From Alphaproteobacteria bacterium (lineage in GTDB: Bacteria > Pseudomonadota > Alphaproteobacteria > RF32 > CAG-239), in assembly GCA_045639065.1 (NCBI GenBank), contig JAZUCK010000023.1:30429-94428 (forward strand): 64,000 bases of DNA, read 5' to 3'. Positions 27,693-36,754 of this stretch are shown piece by piece. Below the pieces are notes generated by a model, which worked only from the letters and a program-made list of their open reading frames with translations, searched no databases and was not told where the DNA came from. Position 1 is the stretch's first letter. Each line of letters starts with the position of its first letter. The position numbers and the translations under genes were made by a program.

Positions 27693-28475
27693 ATGACAGC
27701 ACCTTTAATGCCCAAAGCAACAGCTGTATGGTTGGTTGAAAATACTACTTTGACATTTCGCCAAATATCTGTTTTTTGTGAGATTCACGAGCTTGAGATT
27801 CAGGCTATGGCTGATGGCGATGTATCGGGAAATATTCGCGGTCTTTCTCCGGTTGATAATGGTCAATTAACATGGGATGAAATTCATCGTTGCGAAGCTG
27901 ATAAAAAAGCAAACTTACAAGCTTGCGAAATGGAACGTAATGTCAAAGCTCGTAATTTGAAAGCTAAAAAGGTTTTGTCTCCATCACAACGTCAGGATAA
28001 ACCTAATGCCATTGCATGGATAATTAAAAACTATCCGCAAATAAAAGATACATTAGTCTGCAAACTTATTGGTACAACCAAAACTACAATTCAAGCAATT
28101 CGCGAAGGAACACATAAAGATTCTGCTAATATTAAGCCTAAGAATCCTGTAACAATAGGTTTGTGTTCTGAGGCAGATATTGAAAAAGCTTTATTGGCGT
28201 CTCAACCTAAACCAAAAGCCGAGAAGAAAGCAAAACCTGCTAAAAAGAAGGCTAAGCCGGCTAAGAAAAAAACTGCTAAAAAGACAGAAAAAAAAGCAAA
28301 ACCTGCCAAGAAAACAGTAGCTAAAAAGACAGAAAAAAAAGCAAAACCTGCCAAGAAAACAGTAGCTAAAAAGGCAGAAAAGAAAGCAAAACCTGCCAAG
28401 AAAACAGTAGCTAAAAAAGCTCCGGCTAAAAAGACAACAGCTAAGAAAAAAACAGCTAAAAAGGCTAAAGCCTAA
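27693..28475 (+). CDS. DUF1013 (TrcR-like) protein with a Lys/Ala/Pro-rich histone-H1-like tail
   Basis: The N-terminal 170 aa (PLMPKATAVWLVENTTLTFRQISVFCEIHELEIQAMADGD) resemble the alphaproteobacteria-specific DUF1013 family. The C-terminus consists of AKPAKKTVAKKTEKK repeats. Confidence 0.7.
   Translation: MTAPLMPKATAVWLVENTTLTFRQISVFCEIHELEIQAMADGDVSGNIRGLSPVDNGQLTWDEIHRCEADKKANLQACEMERNVKARNLKAKKVLSPSQRQDKPNAIAWIIKNYPQIKDTLVCKLIGTTKTTIQAIREGTHKDSANIKPKNPVTIGLCSEADIEKALLASQPKPKAEKKAKPAKKKAKPAKKKTAKKTEKKAKPAKKTVAKKTEKKAKPAKKTVAKKAEKKAKPAKKTVAKKAPAKKTTAKKKTAKKAKA
28275..28409 (+). repeat. 45-bp in-frame tandem repeat, three copies
   Basis: Unit GCTAAAAAGACAGAAAAAAAAGCAAAACCTGCCAAGAAAACAGTA starts at 28275, 28320 and 28365, with a partial copy at 28410. 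The copies are nearly identical. Confidence 0.9.
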
Positions 28476-28521
28476 TTTTTATAGAACATAAAAAACTCCG
28501 CTGATTTTCAGCGGAGTTTTT

Positions 28522-30276
28522 TTATCTTCCAAAAGATGCTTCTATAATCTTATTATTGATTGCCTCATTCAAATCAAAATTTGCCTGTATATTCAACTGA
28601 GGAGCAACTTGTTTTATTATTTCAGCAGCTGTCGGAACGCTATTCCAACCGGCTGTATTAAATCCAAAAGTTTCTTTTGTTCGTTTTGGGTTGTCCATCA
28701 TTACGAGCAAAGCATATTGAGGATTTGATATTGGAAACGCCGAAACAAAAGTTGTAACAACACTATTAGAATTATAACGACCATTAACCAATTTATTCGC
28801 TGTACCGGTTTTTCCGCCCACATCATAGCCAACGATATCGGCTTTTTTGCCTGAACCTTTAGTAACAACTGCTCTCATCAGTTTTCGCATTTGTTTTGAT
28901 GTATTGTCAGATATAACCCTGACGCCATCTTTATTAACAATAGATGACTTTACAAGTGTCGGATTATAATATGTTCCTCCATTTATCATAGCCGAATATG
29001 CGGCAATAATATGCATTGGTGTAACAGAAATTCCATATCCGTAACCGATTGTAGCAATATCCGAATCAGTTTTCTGCCAGTCATTTTTTGATTTTACAAT
29101 AGGATGCGCTGTTTCAACAATTTCCATTTTTAATCTTTCCATAAATTTAATTTTTTTAAGGAAATTGTATTGTTCATCGAATCCGCTTTTTAGGGCAATT
29201 CTTGCAGAAGCAATATTTGAAGAATGAACCAAAGTTTCCTCAACCGACAACCATCTGTTTTCGGGATGAAAATCCTTGATAATTCTAGCTTTTAATTTAA
29301 GGGGTTCTGTAGCATCAAAACTTTCGGATATCCTTATTTTTCCACTATCTAAAGCCATAGCAGTATTAAATATTTTTAATACTGAGCCCGGCTCATAAAC
29401 ACGAAACGTCGCTATATTTGTATCGGATGCCGGAAGTTTATTTTCTAAGTCATGTGGATTAAAATCTGGTAAAGAAACCAAAGATACAATTTCGCCATTA
29501 TTAGTATTCATTAATATTGCCGTAGCACCATCAGCATTATATTTTTTCATATTGGAGTATAAAATTGAACGTATTGTATCTTGTATACCAATATCAATGG
29601 TAAGTCTGAGAGGAATTTGTGTTTCGGTTATGATTTCATCCATTCCTTTTTCGATTCCGGTTAAGCCTTTATTATCAATACCGGCAAACCCTACCACATG
29701 TGATAGCAAATTTTTGTGCGGATATACACGTTTTTTTATTGTAATTGCTTCTAATCCCGGTTCACCTATAGCCAAAACCTGAGCATGTTGATGAGGCGTA
29801 ACACTTTTTACTATGGGAAAATTGCGTTTTTCATTTTTTAACTTATCATATACATTGTCAAATTTAAGATATGGAAATATTTTAACCAATTCTGTAGCGG
29901 TTCTTTTAGGAAATAGTACTTTTCTGTAGTTTACATTGATATCAACAAAAGGCAAAGATGTGGCAACAATATTTCCTTTTGCATCAACAATGTTTGTACG
30001 ATTGATAATTTCTTTTTGTTCTGATGTATAATTTTTGTCAGTTTTGTTTATGTTTGGTATGATGCAGACACTAAACAACCTGAAAGCAACAATTAAATAG
30101 GCTAATAAACAGAGCTTTATTCCCAATTTTATTCTTTTTTTGCCGATATCTTCGGAAGAAGATGAAGAAGGATTGTTCCATTGCGAAAACATATCCCCAC
30201 TTCCGATGCTTATTTCTTCGCCGGGAAGATAAAAATTGGAGCTGATATTTTTATTTTTTTTATTTGTATCGCGCAT
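28522..30276 (-). CDS. ftsI: peptidoglycan D,D-transpeptidase FtsI (PBP3)
   Basis: 584 aa. N-terminal TM segment. Transpeptidase motifs SxxK (GSVLK), SxN (HSSN) and KTG (GKTGTA). Located in the dcw cluster. Confidence 0.9.
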   Translation of the reverse strand: MRDTNKKNKNISSNFYLPGEEISIGSGDMFSQWNNPSSSSSEDIGKKRIKLGIKLCLLAYLIVAFRLFSVCIIPNINKTDKNYTSEQKEIINRTNIVDAKGNIVATSLPFVDINVNYRKVLFPKRTATELVKIFPYLKFDNVYDKLKNEKRNFPIVKSVTPHQHAQVLAIGEPGLEAITIKKRVYPHKNLLSHVVGFAGIDNKGLTGIEKGMDEIITETQIPLRLTIDIGIQDTIRSILYSNMKKYNADGATAILMNTNNGEIVSLVSLPDFNPHDLENKLPASDTNIATFRVYEPGSVLKIFNTAMALDSGKIRISESFDATEPLKLKARIIKDFHPENRWLSVEETLVHSSNIASARIALKSGFDEQYNFLKKIKFMERLKMEIVETAHPIVKSKNDWQKTDSDIATIGYGYGISVTPMHIIAAYSAMINGGTYYNPTLVKSSIVNKDGVRVISDNTSKQMRKLMRAVVTKGSGKKADIVGYDVGGKTGTANKLVNGRYNSNSVVTTFVSAFPISNPQYALLVMMDNPKRTKETFGFNTAGWNSVPTAAEIIKQVAPQLNIQANFDLNEAINNKIIEASFGR

Positions 30277-30309
30277 TTCTCTTCTTCAATTCAATTGGGA
30301 ATCGGTTTT

Positions 30310-30693
30310 CTAACGACTTGATTTTGCCATTTTTTTCAAGGCTTTATTGTTTTGGGCAATAATCGCAATATTTTTACGAGCTTTGTCGCGTTGCGATTCG
30401 CCCGATTCATAATTGAATGGTAGCGCAGAATAGTTAATAATTTGTTCAGGCTTGATAGGTTTTAAATCAATATGATTTTTTGCCAACTTACGAAGTCTGG
30501 TAGGGTTGTTCAAAGTTGACCATTCCGCATCAAGTACATGAATATTTTCGGCATCTTTCATATTTTGAGTAGTTATTTGCTTTAGTTCGTTTTCCATCTT
30601 ATAAACCGAATTTTTTACATGTGCCGAAATGGTAATGGAAAACATAACAATTACAATACATAAAGCATTTTTTGCAAGGCGGTTAAAATTCAT
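30310..30693 (-). CDS. ftsL: cell division protein FtsL-like
   Basis: 127 aa, single TM segment. Contains LDAEWSTLNNPTRLRKLAKNHIDLKP. Lies between rsmH and ftsI. Confidence 0.75.
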   Translation of the reverse strand: MNFNRLAKNALCIVIVMFSITISAHVKNSVYKMENELKQITTQNMKDAENIHVLDAEWSTLNNPTRLRKLAKNHIDLKPIKPEQIINYSALPFNYESGESQRDKARKNIAIIAQNNKALKKMAKSSR

Positions 30694-30722
30694 TTTAGGC
30701 TCCTACTGGGCATAAAAGCGGG

Positions 30723-31643
30723 TTAATTCCTAATTGCATAACGCAGTTTTGCTGAGCGTGAGCGACTGTTCAGCTCCAATTCTTGAGCTGTTGGTACAAT
30801 CGCTTTGGAGGCAAAGGAAAACAATGCGTCAGAGATTGAGTTTTCATTTTGGCGATAGCGTGAAATATGTTGTTTCTTATCGCTGTTTGTTTTCATAAAG
30901 GTTTTTACAATGCGGTCTTCCAAAGAATGAAAATCGACGACGACCAAGCGACCGCCTTTGTTCAATCTTAAAGTTGCACCCAAAAGACCTTTACTCAGTT
31001 CGTTTAATTCATCATTTACCGCAATACGCAAAGCTTGAAAGCTTCTGGTTGCAGGATCAATGGTTTGGTTAAATGAACGTTTGTTAATTTGATAAATAAT
31101 ATTTGCCAATTCAACAGTCGTTTCAATAGGTTTTATTTTGCGAGCTTCGACAATTTTTTTGGCAATATGGCGAGATTTTTTTTCTTCGCCATAATTATAA
31201 AGAATATCTGCCAATTGTTCTTCAGAAAGAGTGTTTACCAAATCTTTTGCAGAAACACCTGTTTGTGACATTCTCATATCTAATGGAGCATCTTTGGCAA
31301 AAGAAAAGCCTCTTTCCGATTGATCAAGTTGCATAGATGAAACACCGATATCAAATACAGCTCCATCAATGTTATCATCAATTAAATCGGCAAAATTTCC
31401 AAAGCAACCAAGTCTAAATTCAAAACGATTACCATATAGTTTTTTTAGTTCTTCTGCTCTGGGAAGGACGGTGGAATCTCTATCCAAAGCAATAACTTTG
31501 CAGTTTGCTTTATTTAAGATAGCCTCGCTATATCCGCCATTTCCAAAGGTCGCATCTACATAAGTCTTATTATCGCTTATATCAAGGCTTTCTAAAACCT
31601 CGTTTAACATAACAGGATAATGTATTTGATAATTTGCAACCAC
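30723..31643 (-). CDS. rsmH: 16S rRNA (cytosine1402-N4)-methyltransferase
   Basis: Contains HYPVMLNEVLE, DATFGNGGYS, DIGVSSMQLD and FHSLEDRIVK. Confidence 0.95.
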   Translation of the reverse strand: MVANYQIHYPVMLNEVLESLDISDNKTYVDATFGNGGYSEAILNKANCKVIALDRDSTVLPRAEELKKLYGNRFEFRLGCFGNFADLIDDNIDGAVFDIGVSSMQLDQSERGFSFAKDAPLDMRMSQTGVSAKDLVNTLSEEQLADILYNYGEEKKSRHIAKKIVEARKIKPIETTVELANIIYQINKRSFNQTIDPATRSFQALRIAVNDELNELSKGLLGATLRLNKGGRLVVVDFHSLEDRIVKTFMKTNSDKKQHISRYRQNENSISDALFSFASKAIVPTAQELELNSRSRSAKLRYAIRN

Positions 31644-32113
31644 TATTTTGCCTCCTCGTTAACAGGTCTGATAGAGGGGCGTTTTTTCAAAACTTCTGCT
31701 CTGATGCGAGCTTCTTCTTTTGCCCAATTTTCAGGGTTCCAGATTTGGAATTTGCGACCTTTGCCGACAAATACGGCAGTATCGGTAATTTGAGCATGTT
31801 TAAGGAGCTTTTCCGACAACATAATTCTTCCGGTAGAATCGAAAGAATAGCGCTTGGCATCGCCAAACACTAAGTTTGTTAAATCATCTTGAGTTTCGGA
31901 GAAGAAGTCTAAAGCATCTTCCATTTCAGATGCCAGTTTATCAAGCAACTCTTCCAAACAACCTTCAATACAAGGAGCGGTCAAACTGCGATAACAAACA
32001 ATTTCAGATTCTTTGGATTTTGTAATTGCGCGATAATCGGCAGGCAATGAAACACGGCCTTTGGTATCGACCTTGTTTACAACCGTATCCATAAATAAAA
32101 ACGTTTTACGCAA
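31643..32113 (-). CDS. mraZ: transcriptional regulator MraZ
   Basis: Two SpoVT/AbrB-like halves, each with a DxxGR motif (DTKGRVSLPADYR and DSTGRIMLSEKL). The true start may be the internal Met at 32092. Confidence 0.9.
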   Translation of the reverse strand: MRKTFLFMDTVVNKVDTKGRVSLPADYRAITKSKESEIVCYRSLTAPCIEGCLEELLDKLASEMEDALDFFSETQDDLTNLVFGDAKRYSFDSTGRIMLSEKLLKHAQITDTAVFVGKGRKFQIWNPENWAKEEARIRAEVLKKRPSIRPVNEEAK

Positions 32114-32150
32114 TTTTTTTAATCCTGTTAATTTTTAAGCTTACTTTAAA

Positions 32151-32185
32151 TGGTATAACATGGTATTTCGTGGGAATCAATGGGA
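32151..32185. promoter_or_regulatory. probable MraZ operator: four direct pentamer repeats at 10-bp phasing
   Basis: TGGTA at 32151, TGGTA at 32161, TGGGA at 32171 and TGGGA at 32181. They lie 38-72 nt upstream of mraZ. Confidence 0.6.
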
Positions 32186-32374
32186 AATTTTAGTATTTTT
32201 TTAACTGTTCGTATAATGTTCTGGATTTATCAAAGAAAAACAAGGCTCATCAAGGCGTTGCTATAGTCAAAAAAATGTGTATTTTTTTATGATGCTTTTT
32301 TTAAGATGTTTATAACTTGTTATTAAAGTTGTTTTGTGCTAAAATCAGAATCGTTTTAACACTAGGAATACTGA

Positions 32375-32983
32375 ATGTTTAGTTTTAAGAGAAAAGATTG
32401 TTTGTATTATAAATCGGCACATGGAGTTATCTGTGAGCCGATAACTATCGAGAGCCTCAGTTACGACGAAGAGTTCAAAAATGGTATTGTGTCTTTGAAT
32501 GATAGTAGTGGTGAGATAGGTTGTGTTCAATATTGTATGATAGAAAAAGATGGCAAAAAAACGCTAAAGTTTGAGGGATTGGCATCTGGTGTTGAGGGTA
32601 AAGGTGTTGGAACGAAACTTATTCTAACACTTGTTCAATTAAGTAGAGAAATGGGAGGGCATGGTCGCCTGACAGCACAGGCAAGTCCTTTTATTTTACT
32701 GGGTAAGTTTGATAGTAAAATAAGAAGACCTCTAAGTAACATGGGCTTTTATTATAAAATGGGTTTTCATGCTGATGATAAAGAAAAAGATAATCGTATT
32801 AAAGAACTTATCAAGAGAAATGAAAATATTCCATTGGAATTAAATACGTTTGCGAATATATCCCTAAGTGAAGAGGCTGCTCAAAGGCTGTTAACAAGAA
32901 ATATGCAACTTGAAAATGCATATCAAAAACAACAAGGCGAACAATTTCAAAAAGTTATGTCACAAAAAATCGTTTTTAGATAA
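32375..32983 (+). CDS. GNAT-like acetyltransferase (tentative)
   Basis: 202 aa. VEGKGVGTKLILTLVQLS resembles the GNAT motif A (Q/RxxGxG/A), and GFYYKMGF resembles motif B. Confidence 0.45.
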   Translation: MFSFKRKDCLYYKSAHGVICEPITIESLSYDEEFKNGIVSLNDSSGEIGCVQYCMIEKDGKKTLKFEGLASGVEGKGVGTKLILTLVQLSREMGGHGRLTAQASPFILLGKFDSKIRRPLSNMGFYYKMGFHADDKEKDNRIKELIKRNENIPLELNTFANISLSEEAAQRLLTRNMQLENAYQKQQGEQFQKVMSQKIVFR

Positions 32984-33050
32984 TTTTTTGCTGAATAAAA
33001 TTTTAATATAACTCTTGCAATAATTAACCGATATGTCTATTCTCTAATAG

Positions 33051-33432
33051 AGACAGTCGGACAGTTGCGCTATGGCTTGACTATAGTGAGGAAAGTCCGG
33101 GCATCAAGGGAACAAGATACCGGATAACGTCCGGCTGGGGAGACCCAAGGGAAAGTGCCACAGAGATATACCGCCAAGCTATATGTTTGGTAAGGCTGAA
33201 AAGGCGAGGTAAGAGCTCACCGCGGTGGTGGTAACACTACCGGTCCAGGTAAACCCTATCTGATGCAAGACCAAGTTAGGAGCTTCAAGGTGTTGCTTTT
33301 GCAACAAACCGGATGATATGGGGCGTTCTCTACCCACTCCAGAGGTAGGTCGCGATGAGCTGTTTAGCAATAATCAGCCAAGATGAATAACTGTCGCCTT
33401 TTAAGGTACAGAACCCGGCTTATAGGCTGTCT
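33051..33432 (+). ncRNA. rnpB: RNase P RNA, bacterial type A
   Basis: Universal motifs GAGGAAAGTCCGGGC (33089 onward) and ACAGAACCCGGCTTA (33408 onward). The 5' AGACAGTC pairs with the 3' GGCTGTCT to form P1. Confidence 0.93.
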
Positions 33433-33471
33433 TATTTTTTTTTATTTATGATTTTTTTACAAGGGCTGATA

Positions 33472-34329
33472 ATGCAACAAACAATAGCAAATGAATTAGA
33501 AATAGAAGGTGTCGGACTTCACTCCGGTATAAAATCGACTCTCAAATTAAAACCGGCTAAGGCAAACACCGGCATAGTTTTTATCAGAACGGACATCAAC
33601 GGCGCTAAACCTATATCAGCAACTTATGATAATGTTATCGATACCAAAAATTGTACATGTATCGGGCATGACAGTGAAAATAAGGTTTCGACAATCGAAC
33701 ACCTTATGTCTGCTTTGTATATTATGCAAATAGACAATGTTATTGTTGAGACAAATGCTCTTGAAATGCCTATCGTTGACGGTTCGGCACAACTGTTTTT
33801 ACAAAAATTGCAAGAAGTCGGCGTAACAAAACAAGATACACCAAGAAAATATATCAAAGTGTTGAAAAAGGTAGAAGTTGCCGATGATAAAGGAAACAAT
33901 GTTTCATTAGAACCGGCTGATGATTTTTATGTTAATTTTGTAATAGAATTTCCTTCAAAGATTGTCGGAAGACAAGAATTTGACGGTGTTATAAATCAAG
34001 AGATTTTTGCCAAAGAAATTGCACCTTGTCGCACATTTTGCGAAAAATATCAAATTGATTACCTTCGTTCAATCGGCCTTATTAAAGGAGGCTCTTTAGA
34101 AAACGGCGTGGTTTTGGATGGTGATACAATATTAAATCCCGGAGGCTTTAAGGTTAAAAATGAGTGTGTAAATCACAAGGTTTTAGATGCTATCGGGGAT
34201 ATGTACACCGCAGGTCATTCTGTTTTAGGCAAACTAACTGCAAACAAAACAGGTCATTATCATAATAACCTTATCTTAAAAGCATTGTTTGCCGATGAAA
34301 CCAATTATCAAATTATTGAAAAGGAATAA
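33472..34329 (+). CDS. lpxC: UDP-3-O-acyl-N-acetylglucosamine deacetylase
   Basis: Contains QQTIANELEIEGVGLHSG, STIEHLMSAL and HKVLDAIGDM. The start is placed at 33472 to clear rnpB. Confidence 0.92.
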   Translation: MQQTIANELEIEGVGLHSGIKSTLKLKPAKANTGIVFIRTDINGAKPISATYDNVIDTKNCTCIGHDSENKVSTIEHLMSALYIMQIDNVIVETNALEMPIVDGSAQLFLQKLQEVGVTKQDTPRKYIKVLKKVEVADDKGNNVSLEPADDFYVNFVIEFPSKIVGRQEFDGVINQEIFAKEIAPCRTFCEKYQIDYLRSIGLIKGGSLENGVVLDGDTILNPGGFKVKNECVNHKVLDAIGDMYTAGHSVLGKLTANKTGHYHNNLILKALFADETNYQIIEKE

Positions 34330-34334
34330 GACAT

Positions 34335-35060
34335 ATGAAAAAGATTGCTCTCGGACTATTGATGTTTACGGTTGCTTGCGCTTCAACTCCCGATGAGGTA
34401 AAAACAGAAACCGCCGAAGATTTGTACAATCAAGCCTATGCCGAAATGGAGCAAACCGCATGGAGAAAGGCAGCTCAAACTTTTGAAAAAATAGAGCTTG
34501 AACATCCGTATTCAAAGTTAGCCGCCAAGGCAAAATTGATGAGCGCCTATGCCTATTATAAAGATGAAAAATATGATGATGCAATTTTAAGCTTGGACAG
34601 ATTTATTCGCTATCACCCGGGCAACCAAGATGTTGACTACGCTTATTATATGAAAGGTATGTGCTATTATGACCAAATTGTAGGTTCCGAAAAAGCACAA
34701 GAAAACACTCAAAAAGCCGAAGAAGCTTTTAATCAGGTAATTGTTCGTTTCCCTGATTCTAAATATGCCAAAGATGCTTCTGGAAAGATGGCTCTTATTC
34801 GTGACCATATGGCCGGACACGAAATGGAAATCGGCAGATATTATTTGAATGAAAAAAATTATCTTTCAGCTCTGAATCGTTTTAACATTGTAGTAAAAGA
34901 TTTTCAAACTACTCCGCAAATTGAAGAAGCATTATATCGCCAAGTTGAAGTTTATACAATTTTGGGTTTGAAAAAAGAGGCTAAAGATTCATTAAATGTA
35001 TTGTCTCTCAACTACCCGAAAAGTGAATGGTATAAACGAGCTGTTGAAATAACCAAATAA
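34335..35060 (+). CDS. bamD: outer membrane protein assembly factor BamD
   Basis: Lipobox (FTVAC). TPR-like repeats containing HPYSKLAAKAKLMSAYAYYK and RFPDSKYAKDA. Confidence 0.85.
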   Translation: MKKIALGLLMFTVACASTPDEVKTETAEDLYNQAYAEMEQTAWRKAAQTFEKIELEHPYSKLAAKAKLMSAYAYYKDEKYDDAILSLDRFIRYHPGNQDVDYAYYMKGMCYYDQIVGSEKAQENTQKAEEAFNQVIVRFPDSKYAKDASGKMALIRDHMAGHEMEIGRYYLNEKNYLSALNRFNIVVKDFQTTPQIEEALYRQVEVYTILGLKKEAKDSLNVLSLNYPKSEWYKRAVEITK

Positions 35061-35074
35061 GGTAAAATAAAAAA

Positions 35075-36736
35075 ATGCTTCGCTCGCTTAACATTTCCAA
35101 TGTAGTTTTAATAGACCGGCTTGATATTGATTTCAATGCCGGCTTTGGAGTGTTAACCGGTGAAACAGGTGCCGGTAAATCTATTTTGCTTGATTCACTC
35201 GGGCTTGTTTTGGGTAAGCGCGCCGAAACATCACTCATCAGAAAAGGTGCGGACAAGCTTTCGGTAACAGCGGTTTTTGACAATGTAACCGATAAAGAAT
35301 TGCTTGAATTGTTGCAAGAAAATGATATCGAAATCGAAAATAACGAGCTGATGATTAAGCGCAGTTTGAATACTTCCGGAGTGGGCAAAATTTTTGTAAA
35401 TGACCAAGTTGTTTCGGCCAAACTGTTAAAAGAAATCGGCAAATATTTGGTTGAGATACATGGCCAATTTGACAATCAAGGATTGTTAAATCCGGCTAAT
35501 CATTTGAGCATATTAGATAATTTCGGCGGATATGAAACTTTGCTTAAAAATTGCTCTCAGGCACACAAAGAATATAAAGAAATTATCAAAAAAAGGGCTC
35601 AGGCCGAAAGCGATATCCTAAAAGCCAAAGAAGATGAAGAAAACTTGACCCATTGGATAAAAGAGCTTGAAGTTATGTCGGTAAAATCAGGCGAAATGGA
35701 AGAACTGCAATCTCGCCGCCAAGAGATGATGAGTGCCGAAAAAATTATCGAAAATTTGAATTATGCTTATGCTTCGCTTACTCAAGGTAAAGATGTTTCC
35801 TCATCAATCCGTTCGGCTCAAAGCGGGATTGCCAAGGCTAACAATTATGTTAACGGTAAATATGATGAAATATATGCGTCTCTTGATCGAGCCTTAATCG
35901 AAATAACCGACGTTGTCGAACAAATCGAAAACTTATCTTCCGAAATCGGCTTAAATTCTAACGAGCAGGAAAAAATCGACAGTAGAATTTTTGCCTTAAA
36001 AGACGTGGCCAGAAAACACGGGTGCACGGTTGATGATTTGCCCAAAACTTTGGAAGATTTTAAGAGCCAACTCAGCTCTATCGAAAAAAGTGACGAGATT
36101 TTATCCGAGCTTAGAAAAGAAGAGCAAGTCAAACGTTTGGCCTATGTTGAATCAGCCAACACCTTGCACAAAGCACGAGTTGAAACAGCTCAAAAACTAG
36201 ATAAATTGGTAATGAACGAGCTTTCGCCGTTAAAAATGGAAAAAGCCAAATTTATTACCGAAGTAAATCAAAGAAGCGAAAGCGAATGGTCGGATAAAGG
36301 TTTTGACGATGTATGCTTTACCGTTGCCACCAATCCGAACTCTCCGCAAGGCCCGATTAACAAAATTGCCTCAGGTGGTGAGCTATCACGTTTTATGCTG
36401 GCTTTGAAAGTAAACTTAGCGTCTTCTACTAATATTCCGACAATGATTTTTGACGAAGTAGATGCCGGAATAGGTGGTGCTGTTGCTCAAGCGGTGGGCG
36501 AAAGATTGTCTCGTTTGGGCAAAGAAGTTCAAGTTTTGGTGGTTACTCATGCACCTCAGGTTGCCGCACTTGGAAACTATCATTTCAAAGTTTCAAAATC
36601 TACGGTTGATGATATTACCACAACAAATATTTGTGCGCTTGATATCAATGAGCGCAAAGAAGAAATTGCACGAATGCTTGCCGGTGAAACCATTACCGAC
36701 GAAGCCCGTGCTGCTGCAGTTAAACTAATGAAATAA
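35075..36736 (+). CDS. recN: DNA repair protein RecN
   Basis: Walker A (LTGETGAGKSIL), long coiled coil, and C-terminal SGGELSRFMLALK with FDEVDAGIGG. Confidence 0.95.
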   Translation: MLRSLNISNVVLIDRLDIDFNAGFGVLTGETGAGKSILLDSLGLVLGKRAETSLIRKGADKLSVTAVFDNVTDKELLELLQENDIEIENNELMIKRSLNTSGVGKIFVNDQVVSAKLLKEIGKYLVEIHGQFDNQGLLNPANHLSILDNFGGYETLLKNCSQAHKEYKEIIKKRAQAESDILKAKEDEENLTHWIKELEVMSVKSGEMEELQSRRQEMMSAEKIIENLNYAYASLTQGKDVSSSIRSAQSGIAKANNYVNGKYDEIYASLDRALIEITDVVEQIENLSSEIGLNSNEQEKIDSRIFALKDVARKHGCTVDDLPKTLEDFKSQLSSIEKSDEILSELRKEEQVKRLAYVESANTLHKARVETAQKLDKLVMNELSPLKMEKAKFITEVNQRSESEWSDKGFDDVCFTVATNPNSPQGPINKIASGGELSRFMLALKVNLASSTNIPTMIFDEVDAGIGGAVAQAVGERLSRLGKEVQVLVVTHAPQVAALGNYHFKVSKSTVDDITTTNICALDINERKEEIARMLAGETITDEARAAAVKLMK

Positions 36737-36754
36737 TAAAAAGGAATAAATAAA

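Noticed and set aside
28202-28399. 65-aa minus-strand ORF (FAFFSAFLATVFLAGFAFF...)
   Set aside because: It is the antisense mirror image of the Lys-rich tandem repeat in the DUF1013 gene, a low-complexity artefact.
33179-33370. 63-aa minus-strand ORF
   Set aside because: It lies entirely inside the RNase P RNA gene and is therefore spurious.
35008-35475. 155-aa minus-strand ORF spanning the bamD/recN junction
   Set aside because: It is Ser/Leu-rich and antisense to the well-supported recN N-terminus including its Walker A motif. It is a shadow ORF.
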